Source of the DNA: a virus
Lineage: Duplodnaviria > Caudoviricetes
IMG/VR virus record: IMGVR_UViG_3300049321_000004
Coordinates: 7,620-71,619 of that record
DNA: 64,000 nt
Strand: one strand, 5' to 3'
This document shows, in pieces, positions 9,049-18,512 of the stretch. Both the position numbers and the translations under genes were made by a program. The notes under the pieces were generated by a model. It worked only from the letters and a program-made list of their open reading frames with translations. It was not told where the DNA came from and ran no database searches. Position 1 is the first letter of the stretch. Each line of letters opens with the position of its first letter.

Positions 9049-10077
9049 ATGGCCTTCCCCTATCCACCTCCCAGCCAGCAGGACAGCGATCACTTCCTTT
9101 TCCTCAAAATCGCGGCTGCCCTGTATGAGATCCAGTCAGGCGGCGGCGGTGGAGGCGGTGGCACAGTCACTTCTGTAGGCTTAGCCCTACCTGTTTCAGT
9201 ATTCTCCATCTCAGGAAGCCCTGTCACAACCACAGGAACTCTCACTGGTTCCTTCACCAACCAGACGGCCAATCGGGTCTTTGCAGGGCCTTCTACAGGC
9301 GCTCCTGCGGCCCCTACGTTCCGTGCTTTGGTGGCGGCCGACATGGTAGCGGCTGGATCTGCTGGGCAAGTCCAGTACAACAACGGTGGTCCTCTGGGAG
9401 CCGATGCTGGCCTGAGCTATTCAGCAGGAGGTTTGATGTTGGGCCAAGCAGGATCACAAGTTGGCCAACTGACACTCAATGCTTCAGGTGGGTCTGGTTC
9501 TTCCATTTTGCTCTTTCGACCGGGAGGATTTGTCACAGAACTGCTTCCCACTGCCACAGCCAACCAGTCTATTTCTTTGCCTGACGCATCGGGAACCGTA
9601 CTTCTCAAGGAAACCTTCCCCGCTATAGCCCAAGCGAAAAAGACGGATACCTCTACCACCACCTCAACTTCATGGGTGGAGATCCCCGGACTGGACGATG
9701 TGTCTGTTACCGTTACGACAGAGGGTGTTCTTGTCAGGGCAGTGCTACAAGTTGCACTGAGCACCAACAACGGAGAGTCCGTTTTTTTCCGCCTTACAAG
9801 GAACGGAACCGTTCTGGGTCAGGGTGACTCCGCAGGAGCCAGAGTCCAGTGCCATGCCATGATGAATGGAACGGTGACACAGTTTCAAACCCAGACGATT
9901 TGCATCGAATGGCTGGATGAGGCTCCCGGTGCTGGAACTCATTCCTATGCCGTGGAATGGATTACTTCCAATGTTGGAACCACAGTGACAGCATACATTA
10001 ACCGATCTTCCAATGATGGGAATGACGGCAGCGTAGGCCGTGCGGCTTCCACCCTTACTTGCAGCGTCCAACCGTAG
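9049..10077 (+). CDS. Tail/head fibre-like protein with the same N-terminal motif
   Basis: PPSQQDSDHFLFLKIAAALY, poly-Gly hinge, GTVTSV and S/T/G-rich fibre repeats. Confidence 0.6.
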   Translation: MAFPYPPPSQQDSDHFLFLKIAAALYEIQSGGGGGGGGTVTSVGLALPVSVFSISGSPVTTTGTLTGSFTNQTANRVFAGPSTGAPAAPTFRALVAADMVAAGSAGQVQYNNGGPLGADAGLSYSAGGLMLGQAGSQVGQLTLNASGGSGSSILLFRPGGFVTELLPTATANQSISLPDASGTVLLKETFPAIAQAKKTDTSTTTSTSWVEIPGLDDVSVTVTTEGVLVRAVLQVALSTNNGESVFFRLTRNGTVLGQGDSAGARVQCHAMMNGTVTQFQTQTICIEWLDEAPGAGTHSYAVEWITSNVGTTVTAYINRSSNDGNDGSVGRAASTLTCSVQP

Positions 10078-10082
10078 AGGTC

Positions 10083-10442
10083 ATGAAATTCGGCAAACTC
10101 ACCGGAGGCATTGTCACCAGCACGACAGGTAATGCTGCCGCTGGGTATGTGGAGATCCCCGATCAGGCGGATTGCGGCTGGCAACTCAACGGTCAGACGT
10201 GGGAGAAGAGTGCTGCCCTGATCGCATCAGAGGCCGCTGCCACCGCTCTGGCCACCAAGCGCTCCAACGTCACACAGGCCGTCTCCTCCCTGCGCACATG
10301 GGCAACGGAGGCCCAAAGTGCGTCAGGCAACTGGGGGACACGCACGCAGGTCCAGAAAGACGCCATCATGGTCACTACCTTCTCACGGTTGAGCACTCTC
10401 ATGGACCGGTTCGCTGATCTGGTGGAAGGCAACAGGCTTTGA
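10083..10442 (+). CDS. Hypothetical protein
   Basis: In-operon ORF after the fibre gene. Confidence 0.6.
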   Translation: MKFGKLTGGIVTSTTGNAAAGYVEIPDQADCGWQLNGQTWEKSAALIASEAAATALATKRSNVTQAVSSLRTWATEAQSASGNWGTRTQVQKDAIMVTTFSRLSTLMDRFADLVEGNRL

Positions 10443-10503
10443 AGCTTTGGTGCATTGAGTTTCCCATTGCGCATTGTGCGTAGTTGAGTTAAAACTCAAA
10501 CCC

Positions 10504-10710
10504 ATGGAAAACGCTCCATCCGACAAGGATAAATTCAGGCAGGCCCTAGAGGCGTATGCGGTGGCCCTAGGAACGGGAAACGGGATCCTAGTCCAGACCA
10601 GCGGAATGTTGGTGGAGCAGTACCTTTCCCGACTTCCTGACCAGTTTTCTGATCCCGAGCCAGCCAAGGCCGTGGAAGTAGCCAATACTGAACCCGGAGG
10701 TATGCCATGA
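10504..10710 (+). CDS. Hypothetical protein
   Basis: MENAPSDKDKF...; overlaps next start. Confidence 0.55.
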   Translation: MENAPSDKDKFRQALEAYAVALGTGNGILVQTSGMLVEQYLSRLPDQFSDPEPAKAVEVANTEPGGMP

Positions 10711-10844
10711 TGAAACTAATGTTGATCGCCATTCCACTTGTCCTGTCTGCCTGCCAGACCCAAAACACTCCAGCAGCACAAGCTGCCCGCGCTAATCACG
10801 CGGCCACTACTCAAATCCTGTTCTCCCGCCCCATCGACCGATGA
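10707..10844 (+). CDS. Small putative lipoprotein (45 aa, below track cut-off)
   Basis: MMKLMLIAIPLVLSAC lipobox; ATGA overlaps at both ends. Confidence 0.6.
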   Translation: MMKLMLIAIPLVLSACQTQNTPAAQAARANHAATTQILFSRPIDR

Positions 10845-11251
10845 ATCACAATCAAACTTCGGAAGCGCTTCCGTGGATAGGATTTGTGATCTTAATAACG
10901 ATCATTGCACTTCTGATGTGCTCCTGCACAGGAGGAGCCTCCGTGACAAGGACAGCCAAGGGTGGCTACCACGCCACTACTGGTTACGCGCTTCTGGCCA
11001 AGCGCGAGAACGTGGTAGCAGAGGTGAAGACCCATGAAGGTGACATCCTACGGTACTCAACAACATCCGAAGATGGAACTGAGGTTCCAATGTCGCTCAT
11101 TCGGTGGAAGTACAGCTTCAAGATGCTGAAGACGCAGCAGCCAGCGATTCTGAAGGGAACGGATGATCCTGACTTCATTCCCGATGATCCTGAGAAAATC
11201 CCGCTCGATCCAAATAAGATCCCGCTGGACCCCAATAAGCTGCCCCAGTGA
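10841..11251 (+). CDS. Putative lipoprotein with C-terminal 7-aa repeats
   Basis: Hydrophobic N-terminus ending LLMCSC; IPDDPEK-IPLDPNK-IPLDPNK. Confidence 0.6.
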   Translation: MNHNQTSEALPWIGFVILITIIALLMCSCTGGASVTRTAKGGYHATTGYALLAKRENVVAEVKTHEGDILRYSTTSEDGTEVPMSLIRWKYSFKMLKTQQPAILKGTDDPDFIPDDPEKIPLDPNKIPLDPNKLPQ

Positions 11252-11790
11252 CCTTATTTCGCACAGCGCTCATCGCTGCGGTGGCTTTGTCACTGGCAGC
11301 GTGTCAGACCCAGCCGGTCTCACAAAGGGCCACGGCGGGCTTCTCACAGCCTGTACTGCTGCCCATCAAATACGAGGGCAAAGAAAGGTACCAGTCTGTA
11401 CGGGATTGGACCTTTGAGACAGAGAAGGTTCCGTCTGGAATTGTAGTAGATGGGGCGAGTGTTCCAAGGATTGCGTGGATCTTCATGCCGCCTGATGGCC
11501 TTCAGAGGGCAGCGGCTTTGGGCCATGACTATTTTTATATTCACCGTGGTGTAATGCCAAGCGGACGTGTAGTCACCCGCGAAGAGGCAGACTTCTTCTT
11601 TCTGGAATACATGCTCAAGGGAGGGGTAAGCCCAAGACGGGCCTCCATCGCCTACAATGCCGTCCGTGGCTTTGGATGGAGGGAGTGGAACCGTCCTTAC
11701 AAGGGACCGGTGATCCTTCCCGTTCAGCAACCAGTCTTGGCCAAGAGAGTACAAAAGCCCACCTTCCTCACCAGACACCTCTATGAGTGA
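11248..11790 (+). CDS. DUF1353-family protein with lipoprotein signal
   Basis: LAAC lipobox; DGASVPR..AALGHDYFY..REEADFFF..AYNAVRGFG pattern. Confidence 0.75.
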   Translation: MTLFRTALIAAVALSLAACQTQPVSQRATAGFSQPVLLPIKYEGKERYQSVRDWTFETEKVPSGIVVDGASVPRIAWIFMPPDGLQRAAALGHDYFYIHRGVMPSGRVVTREEADFFFLEYMLKGGVSPRRASIAYNAVRGFGWREWNRPYKGPVILPVQQPVLAKRVQKPTFLTRHLYE

Positions 11791-12454
11791 ACGACGTTTC
11801 GGATTCCGTCAGATTCCCGATGTTCGGGATGCCCGGTACACCATGGCGCCACTTTTGGTGGGACTTCCTGATGACAATCGTGAGGTCGTCAGATGGGATA
11901 TTGGAAAAATCAGGGATCAGGGAGCCGAAGGTGCTTGTGTCGGGTTCGGATGCAAAGCACTGCTGGAAGCATCTCCCTTCCGTCAGACAGAGGGGCTTAC
12001 AGCCCGCGAGATCTACATGGAAGCTCGCTTGATTGACGAGTTTCCAGATGATTCCCTGAATGAAGGAACCAGCGTTCGGGCAGGGCTCAATGTTCTGAAG
12101 ACACATGGATACATCCAGTCCTATGTCTGGGCAACAGGAGTGGAGGATGTGCTGGATTTCCTCGCTAAAAAAGGACCTGTAGTCCTCGGCGTGACGTGGC
12201 ACGGCTACGAAACCGATAGTGACGGACGCATGCGCTTCGATGGACCTGCCGTTGGAGGACATTGCATCCTTGCAACAGGCCATGATCGTGTTCGCAAAAT
12301 CATCACCTTCCAGAACTCATGGGGTGTCTCCTTTGGTCATGCTGGAGAAGGATATATCACCGAGGCTGACCTGAAACGGGAACTGAACAGCCGTGGCGGA
12401 TGTGCCGCTGGAGTCACTGAAGGGTACAGAACCGGACTCATTCCATGCTCATGA
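11783..12454 (+). CDS. Papain-like (C1) cysteine peptidase
   Basis: DQGAEGACVGF (Cys), GGHCILATG (His), QNSWG (Asn) catalytic motifs. Confidence 0.9.
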   Translation: MSERRFGFRQIPDVRDARYTMAPLLVGLPDDNREVVRWDIGKIRDQGAEGACVGFGCKALLEASPFRQTEGLTAREIYMEARLIDEFPDDSLNEGTSVRAGLNVLKTHGYIQSYVWATGVEDVLDFLAKKGPVVLGVTWHGYETDSDGRMRFDGPAVGGHCILATGHDRVRKIITFQNSWGVSFGHAGEGYITEADLKRELNSRGGCAAGVTEGYRTGLIPCS

Positions 12455-12750
12455 AACACCACTTTGCATATCTGGCTCTTCTGAGCACGATTCTGTGCTC
12501 TTGCGGGACAATTCCTTCCCCAGACCCAAATCCGTCACCACAGCCCGTTCCTGAGCAAACAGAAGGCCCGTACATCGTGCGTGAACTGGACGAGAATGGG
12601 AAGGTGTTTCGGGAATGGAGCGCGTACTCCTACCGACATATCCTGTTCCCCAAGGGAATCATCTTTTCCACCGCCTCAGGCGCAGTTACTCTTCCCAACA
12701 AGGAAAGCCCTCCTCATAGTTCATTTGAGGTCCAACAAGCATCGCCATGA
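12445..12750 (+). CDS. Putative lipoprotein
   Basis: LALLSTILCSCG lipobox followed by a Pro-rich linker. Confidence 0.6.
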   Translation: MLMKHHFAYLALLSTILCSCGTIPSPDPNPSPQPVPEQTEGPYIVRELDENGKVFREWSAYSYRHILFPKGIIFSTASGAVTLPNKESPPHSSFEVQQASP

Positions 12751-12753
12751 TCC

Positions 12754-12951
12754 ATGTCCGCAGAGACCTCCATCTGTAACCAACCCTTCTGGAAATCCCA
12801 GAACATCCCTGAAAAAGAACCTTTTACCGGAGTGAAACGCAAACAAGCCCAATCCCCCTACAAGCCTGCTGAAGATGGAACGGTCCAACCGGGCCAGTGG
12901 ATAAATGTGGATGGGAAAATAATCTGGAAGAACTACCGCCCCTCGCGCTGA
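12754..12951 (+). CDS. Hypothetical protein
   Basis: 65-aa in-operon ORF. Confidence 0.45.
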   Translation: MSAETSICNQPFWKSQNIPEKEPFTGVKRKQAQSPYKPAEDGTVQPGQWINVDGKIIWKNYRPSR

Positions 12952-12990
12952 CCTGTACCGCAAGCGATTCTAGGATGAACCCATTCGAAC

Positions 12991-13569
12991 ATGATGAGAA
13001 CACCCGCCATACCTTTTGGACTGGACACGGCTCCCGAACAGCCTCGCAAAGAAATCAAACACGAGGCCGATAAGGCGCATGATCCAGTTCCTAGAGATCC
13101 CAACCAACACCATCCTCCCATGACCTCAGCGGGCCTCGGCTTCCTCGTTTCCGCCTTCACACTGGCTTTCACTGCCCATCTTGCCCAGAGCGTTCCCAAC
13201 GCGGTTGAGGTCCAGAAGATGAGCAAGGACATCTACCCTCTTATTGGGGGTGCCTTTGCCTGCTGCGGAGTGTTTGCCCTGTATGACCGGCGCAAGGAGA
13301 CCCCGTGGCACATCATTGGTCGGGTCATCTTTGGGATGATGGGCAGCTTCTTCGCCCCATGGATGCTCTCAGCCCTCCCTGTGACATGGTTTCACGTCGA
13401 GGACTACCGGGCTCTGGCATTCATTGGTACCTGTGGAGCGGTACTGGGATTTGTCCTGAGCAAGACCACCATTGAAAAATTGTTCAAGCGGGCTGATGCC
13501 ATTTCTGGCAAACTGGTGGACTATGGTGAAAACCAACTTGGCAAGAAACTCAAAGACGAAGACTCATGA
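12991..13569 (+). CDS. Multi-pass membrane protein, probable holin
   Basis: About four hydrophobic segments, charged C-tail, overlaps endolysin start. Confidence 0.55.
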   Translation: MMRTPAIPFGLDTAPEQPRKEIKHEADKAHDPVPRDPNQHHPPMTSAGLGFLVSAFTLAFTAHLAQSVPNAVEVQKMSKDIYPLIGGAFACCGVFALYDRRKETPWHIIGRVIFGMMGSFFAPWMLSALPVTWFHVEDYRALAFIGTCGAVLGFVLSKTTIEKLFKRADAISGKLVDYGENQLGKKLKDEDS

Positions 13570-14126
13570 ACAAGGACGAAATCAAAGCCATCCAGACCAA
13601 AATTGGCGTCGAAGCAGACGGAATCTGGGGAAGCCGTTCCATTGCCGCATCAGAGGCTCACCTGAGTGCTTTGATGCCTTCTCCACATCCTTGGCCTAAG
13701 AGTGACCAAGCCAGCCTACAGGCGTTCTACGGCTCTCCGGGAGATGAATCCAAACTCGTAAACCTCAACGTGGAGGGGCTAGGTCTGAAGTATGAGGGTT
13801 CCCCTGTGAAGACAGTTCGGTGCCACCAAAAGGTAGCATCTTCGCTTCGCAAGGTTCTTGAGGTTCTCTCAACCACCCATCCCGAGATTCTTGCAAAGTA
13901 CGCCGGTGTGTACAATAACCGTTCCATGCGGGGCGGGAGCACTCCAAGTTTGCACGCAAGAGGGGCTGCAATCGACCTCTGGCCTGAGGAGAATGGGAAC
14001 AACGAGCACTGGCCTAATGTTGCAAAGATGCCATTCGAGGTCATGGAAGCATTTGCGAGGGAGGGGTGGCTTCCAGCAGGAGCATTCTGGAATCGCGATG
14101 CCATGCATTCGCAGGCGACGCAGTGA
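13566..14126 (+). CDS. Endolysin: short peptidoglycan-binding N-terminus plus M15-family peptidase
   Basis: IQTKIGVEADGIWG; SLHARGAAID and DAMH zinc motifs. Confidence 0.85.
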   Translation: MNKDEIKAIQTKIGVEADGIWGSRSIAASEAHLSALMPSPHPWPKSDQASLQAFYGSPGDESKLVNLNVEGLGLKYEGSPVKTVRCHQKVASSLRKVLEVLSTTHPEILAKYAGVYNNRSMRGGSTPSLHARGAAIDLWPEENGNNEHWPNVAKMPFEVMEAFAREGWLPAGAFWNRDAMHSQATQ

Positions 14127-14138
14127 TTTTGAACGCCA

Positions 14139-14166
14139 TTGCATTCGGTGGCAGATCCCGTAGAAT
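14139..14166 (+). promoter_or_regulatory. Sigma70-like promoter
   Basis: TTGCAT-16 nt-TAGAAT 12 nt before ATG 14179. Confidence 0.55.
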
Positions 14167-14178
14167 CGCCTCACTATC

Positions 14179-15006
14179 ATGTCCGCTTGGCGTTTGGTTC
14201 CCACTCCGAATCCTTCAGAATTGTCTATAGTCATCACTGTGCCTCAGCAGCAGGTGTCACTACAGCCAGATGCTGTTCCAGTCATTGGAACCACCCTTAA
14301 CACGCTGGCATGGATTCCTGATGGGGATGTGGCCACAGATGACCGGTATGGTCTCTATGTGTTCATGCTTTCTGGAGTCCGAGCCGACCGTGAGGGAATT
14401 GTAGTGGATTTCTACTACGCCAAAAACAAGACTCCAGACGAGAGAAATACCCCATTCATCACCTACACTGTGACCGAAAAGGTGGTGTGGTATCCAGTCT
14501 TGGAGTGGATCCAGTTTGGACAGGAGACAGGATTCCCTCTTTCCCAGAACATCATCACTCCCAACCAGCAACAGGGTCTTGTCCTCGCTCCCCGGTGGCT
14601 GGTGAAACGTGGGTACAGGCCGGGGCTGACCCTGACTACCAAAGTCCAGATCAAAAAATTCCTCAGTGAGGTTCCTTGGCCAGATTGGGCTATGGAGTCA
14701 GATGAACCCCAGCCCACTGAAGTGTCTTGGGATCTGGTTGGGAGCCATGGGAACATGGGGCGCTGCCTTCATCCTTCAGTGCCAGTTCCTGGACAATCTT
14801 CAGGATACAAGGTCATCTCCCAAGCTGGGGATTTATATGCCTCCTCCAGTACGGACTCCAACGGCCAGCTTTACCCACGTACCAACCACATCCGGTGGCA
14901 GGACTACATTGTGAATGAAGTGGACCAAGTGGAGGGGCAGTACCTGCGGATTGAGAAGACCTACTTTGCCCCGATAGCCCCCAAAATCACCAAGGAGGCT
15001 TCCTGA
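14179..15006 (+). CDS. Putative virion (tail) protein
   Basis: 275-aa beta-rich ORF in the structural operon. Confidence 0.5.
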   Translation: MSAWRLVPTPNPSELSIVITVPQQQVSLQPDAVPVIGTTLNTLAWIPDGDVATDDRYGLYVFMLSGVRADREGIVVDFYYAKNKTPDERNTPFITYTVTEKVVWYPVLEWIQFGQETGFPLSQNIITPNQQQGLVLAPRWLVKRGYRPGLTLTTKVQIKKFLSEVPWPDWAMESDEPQPTEVSWDLVGSHGNMGRCLHPSVPVPGQSSGYKVISQAGDLYASSSTDSNGQLYPRTNHIRWQDYIVNEVDQVEGQYLRIEKTYFAPIAPKITKEAS

Positions 15007-15164
15007 TGAACTCTGAATTCGGAGACATTCCTCTGGACTCGCCTTGGCTGTCCAATCCTGAACTGTCTCCCGGAACAGGGCTCTTCCAATGGCAGCACAT
15101 CCCGCCCGGTGATTTTCCTATTACCATGAAGGAAGAGTACGTGTACACTCGCCAAGGACCTTAA
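15006..15164 (+). CDS. Small hypothetical protein (52 aa)
   Basis: TGATG overlap with upstream gene; fills the gap to 15177. Confidence 0.45.
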   Translation: MNSEFGDIPLDSPWLSNPELSPGTGLFQWQHIPPGDFPITMKEEYVYTRQGP

Positions 15165-15176
15165 CCTACTCTCGCC

Positions 15177-15692
15177 ATGCCATTTACGTACTATGTCACC
15201 ATGAAGAACGGTAAAACGTTCCAGTGCAACAACGTGACAGACATAACGATAGGAACTCCTCTGGTGGCAAACGGAACCTACCGGGACGAGCCATCCGTGG
15301 TCGTGGGCGGCGCAGCAGGGGCATTGGGCGCGGATGCGTCGGCCAGCGTGGCTGGTGGGGTAAATCCTTCCGTGACCCTGACGGCTGGCATTAGCGCAGA
15401 AGCCACTGCGGACTCCTCTGTTGTAGAGGCTGATTCGTACAAGCATGTGGAGCCCCGCTACATGTTTAGCCCTATTGCGTTGCTTTTCATTACAACAGAC
15501 GCTGGGATTGCCACAGCTCCAACGGGAGCAACTTTCCCTACAGACCCTCCCACGCTGACACCGCCTGATACATTCAATGTTGTAGAATGCGATTGCCTCT
15601 TCCCATTGGAAGAGGTTCTGGGCGTCTATAACGCAAGTCCGCAAGGATTCAGCCCGACAAGATCAATCATCACCAATTTTAACGAGCCCTAA
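15177..15692 (+). CDS. Putative virion protein, Thr/Ala/Gly-rich
   Basis: 171-aa ORF, composition and position. Confidence 0.5.
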   Translation: MPFTYYVTMKNGKTFQCNNVTDITIGTPLVANGTYRDEPSVVVGGAAGALGADASASVAGGVNPSVTLTAGISAEATADSSVVEADSYKHVEPRYMFSPIALLFITTDAGIATAPTGATFPTDPPTLTPPDTFNVVECDCLFPLEEVLGVYNASPQGFSPTRSIITNFNEP

Positions 15693-15701
15693 GCCTATCG
15701 C

Positions 15702-16415
15702 ATGTCGCCCATTGGAGTCTGCATCATCTCCCCTTCCTATGCCAAACTCGGAAAGGAAGCTGTAAAGCGATTCATCAAGTTCACGGGGCTAAAGGTCAAG
15801 ACTGTCCATTGCTTAGACGAAGATGGGTATTTTGCCAAGCTGTGCATGGACCAGCATGCAGGAAGACAGAAGGTAGTCTATTTCGATGCAGATCACTGGC
15901 TGCTTCGTCCACTGGACACCAGTCGGATGAACTTTGGAGTCCTGTCTGCCGCCCCAGATTGGGGAGTCTTCCATCCACACGCATTCCCCAAGGAAGACTG
16001 CGAACGTCTCAACATGAGGAAGGACCTGTACTTCAACAGCGGGTTCTTCTGTGCTGACTTCTCCAACCCTCTACACCGGAAGGTCTTTCAAGAAGCTCGT
16101 CGCCTCTGGAAACGTCACCAGAGGAGGAAGATGACCGGAGATCCCGGAGAGCAGACCATCCTCAACCTTGCGAGGCACAAGGTGGGCGCACCTATCCAGA
16201 TGCTTCCAACGGTGGTGAATTACTACCGCTTCAGCACGTCACAAGGGGTCTTCCAAGACATCCCGAGCGAGATCATAGGGCTTCATGCTGCTGGAGTTCC
16301 CCTGAAGAAGAAAATGCGACACCTGAAAACTGGGGCCGAGTGGCTCACCTACCCTCCTGTCACAGTCCAGAACGACGCCATGCGACTGGCTTGGGCCAAG
16401 AACCAACTCCGATGA
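15702..16415 (+). CDS. Glycosyltransferase, GT8-like
   Basis: VVYFDAD (DxD), YFNSGFF, EQTILN motifs. Confidence 0.8.
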   Translation: MSPIGVCIISPSYAKLGKEAVKRFIKFTGLKVKTVHCLDEDGYFAKLCMDQHAGRQKVVYFDADHWLLRPLDTSRMNFGVLSAAPDWGVFHPHAFPKEDCERLNMRKDLYFNSGFFCADFSNPLHRKVFQEARRLWKRHQRRKMTGDPGEQTILNLARHKVGAPIQMLPTVVNYYRFSTSQGVFQDIPSEIIGLHAAGVPLKKKMRHLKTGAEWLTYPPVTVQNDAMRLAWAKNQLR

Positions 16416-17092
16416 TCCACGGGTTCGAATACTTCTCCGTTGAAGAACATCCTCTGAAGGAGAGGTTGTGGAATGCTGCCCAGTGGCTCAGGAAGGAGAA
16501 CCAATCGGATCTTGAACCTCACACGCCATGGGTGGCGCTGACATGGCTGGGATACAGGACACTGGAGGGAAAGTTCCCCTTTGAGGAGTTTACGGTCCTC
16601 AAGAAATCAGCCCACCTCCCAGAACTGACCGACCAAGGCCAGAGGTGCCGCTGGGAATGCTCACTGGACACTGTTCTGGAGTACCTACGGGTCCTCCGAG
16701 GGTTGGATCATGAGCCCTGTCTTGAGCACGCCAGATGGGTCAGGATGTGGCCCAACTCCATCATCAATATCCTGCGACTACGGGCGCTCTGGGCAGCAGA
16801 GCGCTACACCACGGCGCTCATTCAAGCCTCAGACCTCAGCATCGCCACCATGCTGTGGAATGATGCTGCATCACGCATGGTTCCTGCCTTCCAAGAATGG
16901 CCCCACAACCTCTGTGAGCACCACAAGGCTGTAGACGCCCTGTCTGTCATCACTCAAGCCTGCTGGAAGGCCGCTGTGGTGAAGATCCAAACCTACCCGG
17001 CGATCCTGAAATACTGGTCCTCCTGCTGGGGGAATGAATGGCACCACAAAGCGTGGCGTAAAGCACTTGAACACTCAAACTGGCATCCATGA
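16412..17092 (+). CDS. Hypothetical helical protein within the glycan module
   Basis: ATGA-coupled to both neighbours. Confidence 0.65.
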   Translation: MIHGFEYFSVEEHPLKERLWNAAQWLRKENQSDLEPHTPWVALTWLGYRTLEGKFPFEEFTVLKKSAHLPELTDQGQRCRWECSLDTVLEYLRVLRGLDHEPCLEHARWVRMWPNSIINILRLRALWAAERYTTALIQASDLSIATMLWNDAASRMVPAFQEWPHNLCEHHKAVDALSVITQACWKAAVVKIQTYPAILKYWSSCWGNEWHHKAWRKALEHSNWHP

Positions 17093-17799
17093 ACCTAACC
17101 CCTGAACAACTGCAATTCTGGTGCATGGTCCGCGACCAAGGGGTGACTGCCATACCCTTCACCAGCGGCACAGACAACCTTGGAGACGACATTCAGAGTC
17201 TCTCTGGGCAGAAGTGGTTTGAAACCCGGCAATGGGTGAACCGGGAGCATCCTGAGAAATGGGGATCCCACAAAGTCTGCCTGAGCCACTTCTTTTGGGA
17301 CATGCCGCTGGAAATGGGCCAGAACGTGGTTGTGGCTGGCTTTTACGTCTGCCGCCACCATTTGCCGCGCCTCGTGCAAAACGGCCTGTGGGACCGCCTG
17401 AAACGTGCAGTAGACGCCCAAGGATTCCCCGCTGGGTGCAGAGACCTCAAAACCACAGAGCTTTTTGTGCAGAACGGCGTACCAGCCATGTGGTCCTCCT
17501 GCATCACGGGAACCCTTCGCAAGCGGGCCAATCCCGGAACAGAACTCCTCGCCGTGGACACGGGTGCTCCTGATGGAACGTGGAATACCCTCTCCCACAA
17601 GATTCCTGAGATGAAGAAATGGAATCCTGAGGAGCGAATGAAGTATGCCCAAGAGCGACTAGACAGGTATGCTCACGCCAAGGAGATTGTGACTGGAAGA
17701 CTTCATTGTTACCTGCCTTCCATGTCCATGGGGGTCAATGTTACTGTAAATACGGAGAAAAGTGAGATGAAGGACAGGTGGTCAGGGCATCTCCATTGA
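17089..17799 (+). CDS. Polysaccharide pyruvyl transferase family protein
   Basis: NLGDDIQ, GCRD..T..L...GV, IVTGRLH..LPSMSMG motifs. Confidence 0.8.
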   Translation: MNLTPEQLQFWCMVRDQGVTAIPFTSGTDNLGDDIQSLSGQKWFETRQWVNREHPEKWGSHKVCLSHFFWDMPLEMGQNVVVAGFYVCRHHLPRLVQNGLWDRLKRAVDAQGFPAGCRDLKTTELFVQNGVPAMWSSCITGTLRKRANPGTELLAVDTGAPDGTWNTLSHKIPEMKKWNPEERMKYAQERLDRYAHAKEIVTGRLHCYLPSMSMGVNVTVNTEKSEMKDRWSGHLH

Positions 17800-17824
17800 C
17801 GGCTCTACGCAAATAAACTACTCT
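17796..17824 (+). promoter_or_regulatory. Sigma70-like promoter
   Basis: TTGACG-17 nt-TACTCT just before ATG 17832. Confidence 0.6.
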
Positions 17825-17831
17825 CACGCCC

Positions 17832-18512
17832 ATGGCCAGCGCCTACCAGACCACCGCCACGGGTAGCGGACCCTATCCGATCCAACGGAGAATGGGCATC
17901 CCCGGACCTTCTTCTATAGGTTCACCGACAGGAGGAAGCTCCATCGGAGCCCCTCCCCGTCGCCGGACAGGGATGCAATACACCCAGCCGCAGGCACGGA
18001 CCTTCAAGAATGGTCGTGGCATCTCCGTAGGAGAAATCATGTCCCAACGGGAGGGCAACAAGAACATGTACTACACCCAGACGGGTGAGGCTGTTCCTCC
18101 CGGCATGCCTGTCATCAACCCAGGATTCAAAACCTCAGGAGTGGGTCCGGGAACCCGTGGATACATGGGATCAGGTGTGATTGGGTCTGCTGCTGGTGCT
18201 GTGGGTTCCTCGGGCGTTCCTACTTCCCAACGGGGCAAGCTGATGAAGTACGGTCAGGATGCCATGGATGAATATGGCCAGATCCGCACTACTGACGACC
18301 TGTCAGACCAGCTTCTGGAGAACAATGGGCTGTCCCAAAGCTGGCGGTATGGCGATATGGGGGCACCAGCTCCCCGGCGCTACACCAACACCAATCCTGT
18401 GCAAACCCAGTCCATCCGTGGACCGGGAAGCGGCGGGAATGTTGCCACCAACACTGCTTTTGGCCCCATGCGCCGTCTGGGTGACATGATCAACAAGTAC
18501 CTCTCCCGATAA
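17832..18512 (+). CDS. Gly/Ser-rich putative internal virion protein
   Basis: Low-complexity ORF heading the internal-protein block. Confidence 0.5.
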   Translation: MASAYQTTATGSGPYPIQRRMGIPGPSSIGSPTGGSSIGAPPRRRTGMQYTQPQARTFKNGRGISVGEIMSQREGNKNMYYTQTGEAVPPGMPVINPGFKTSGVGPGTRGYMGSGVIGSAAGAVGSSGVPTSQRGKLMKYGQDAMDEYGQIRTTDDLSDQLLENNGLSQSWRYGDMGAPAPRRYTNTNPVQTQSIRGPGSGGNVATNTAFGPMRRLGDMINKYLSR

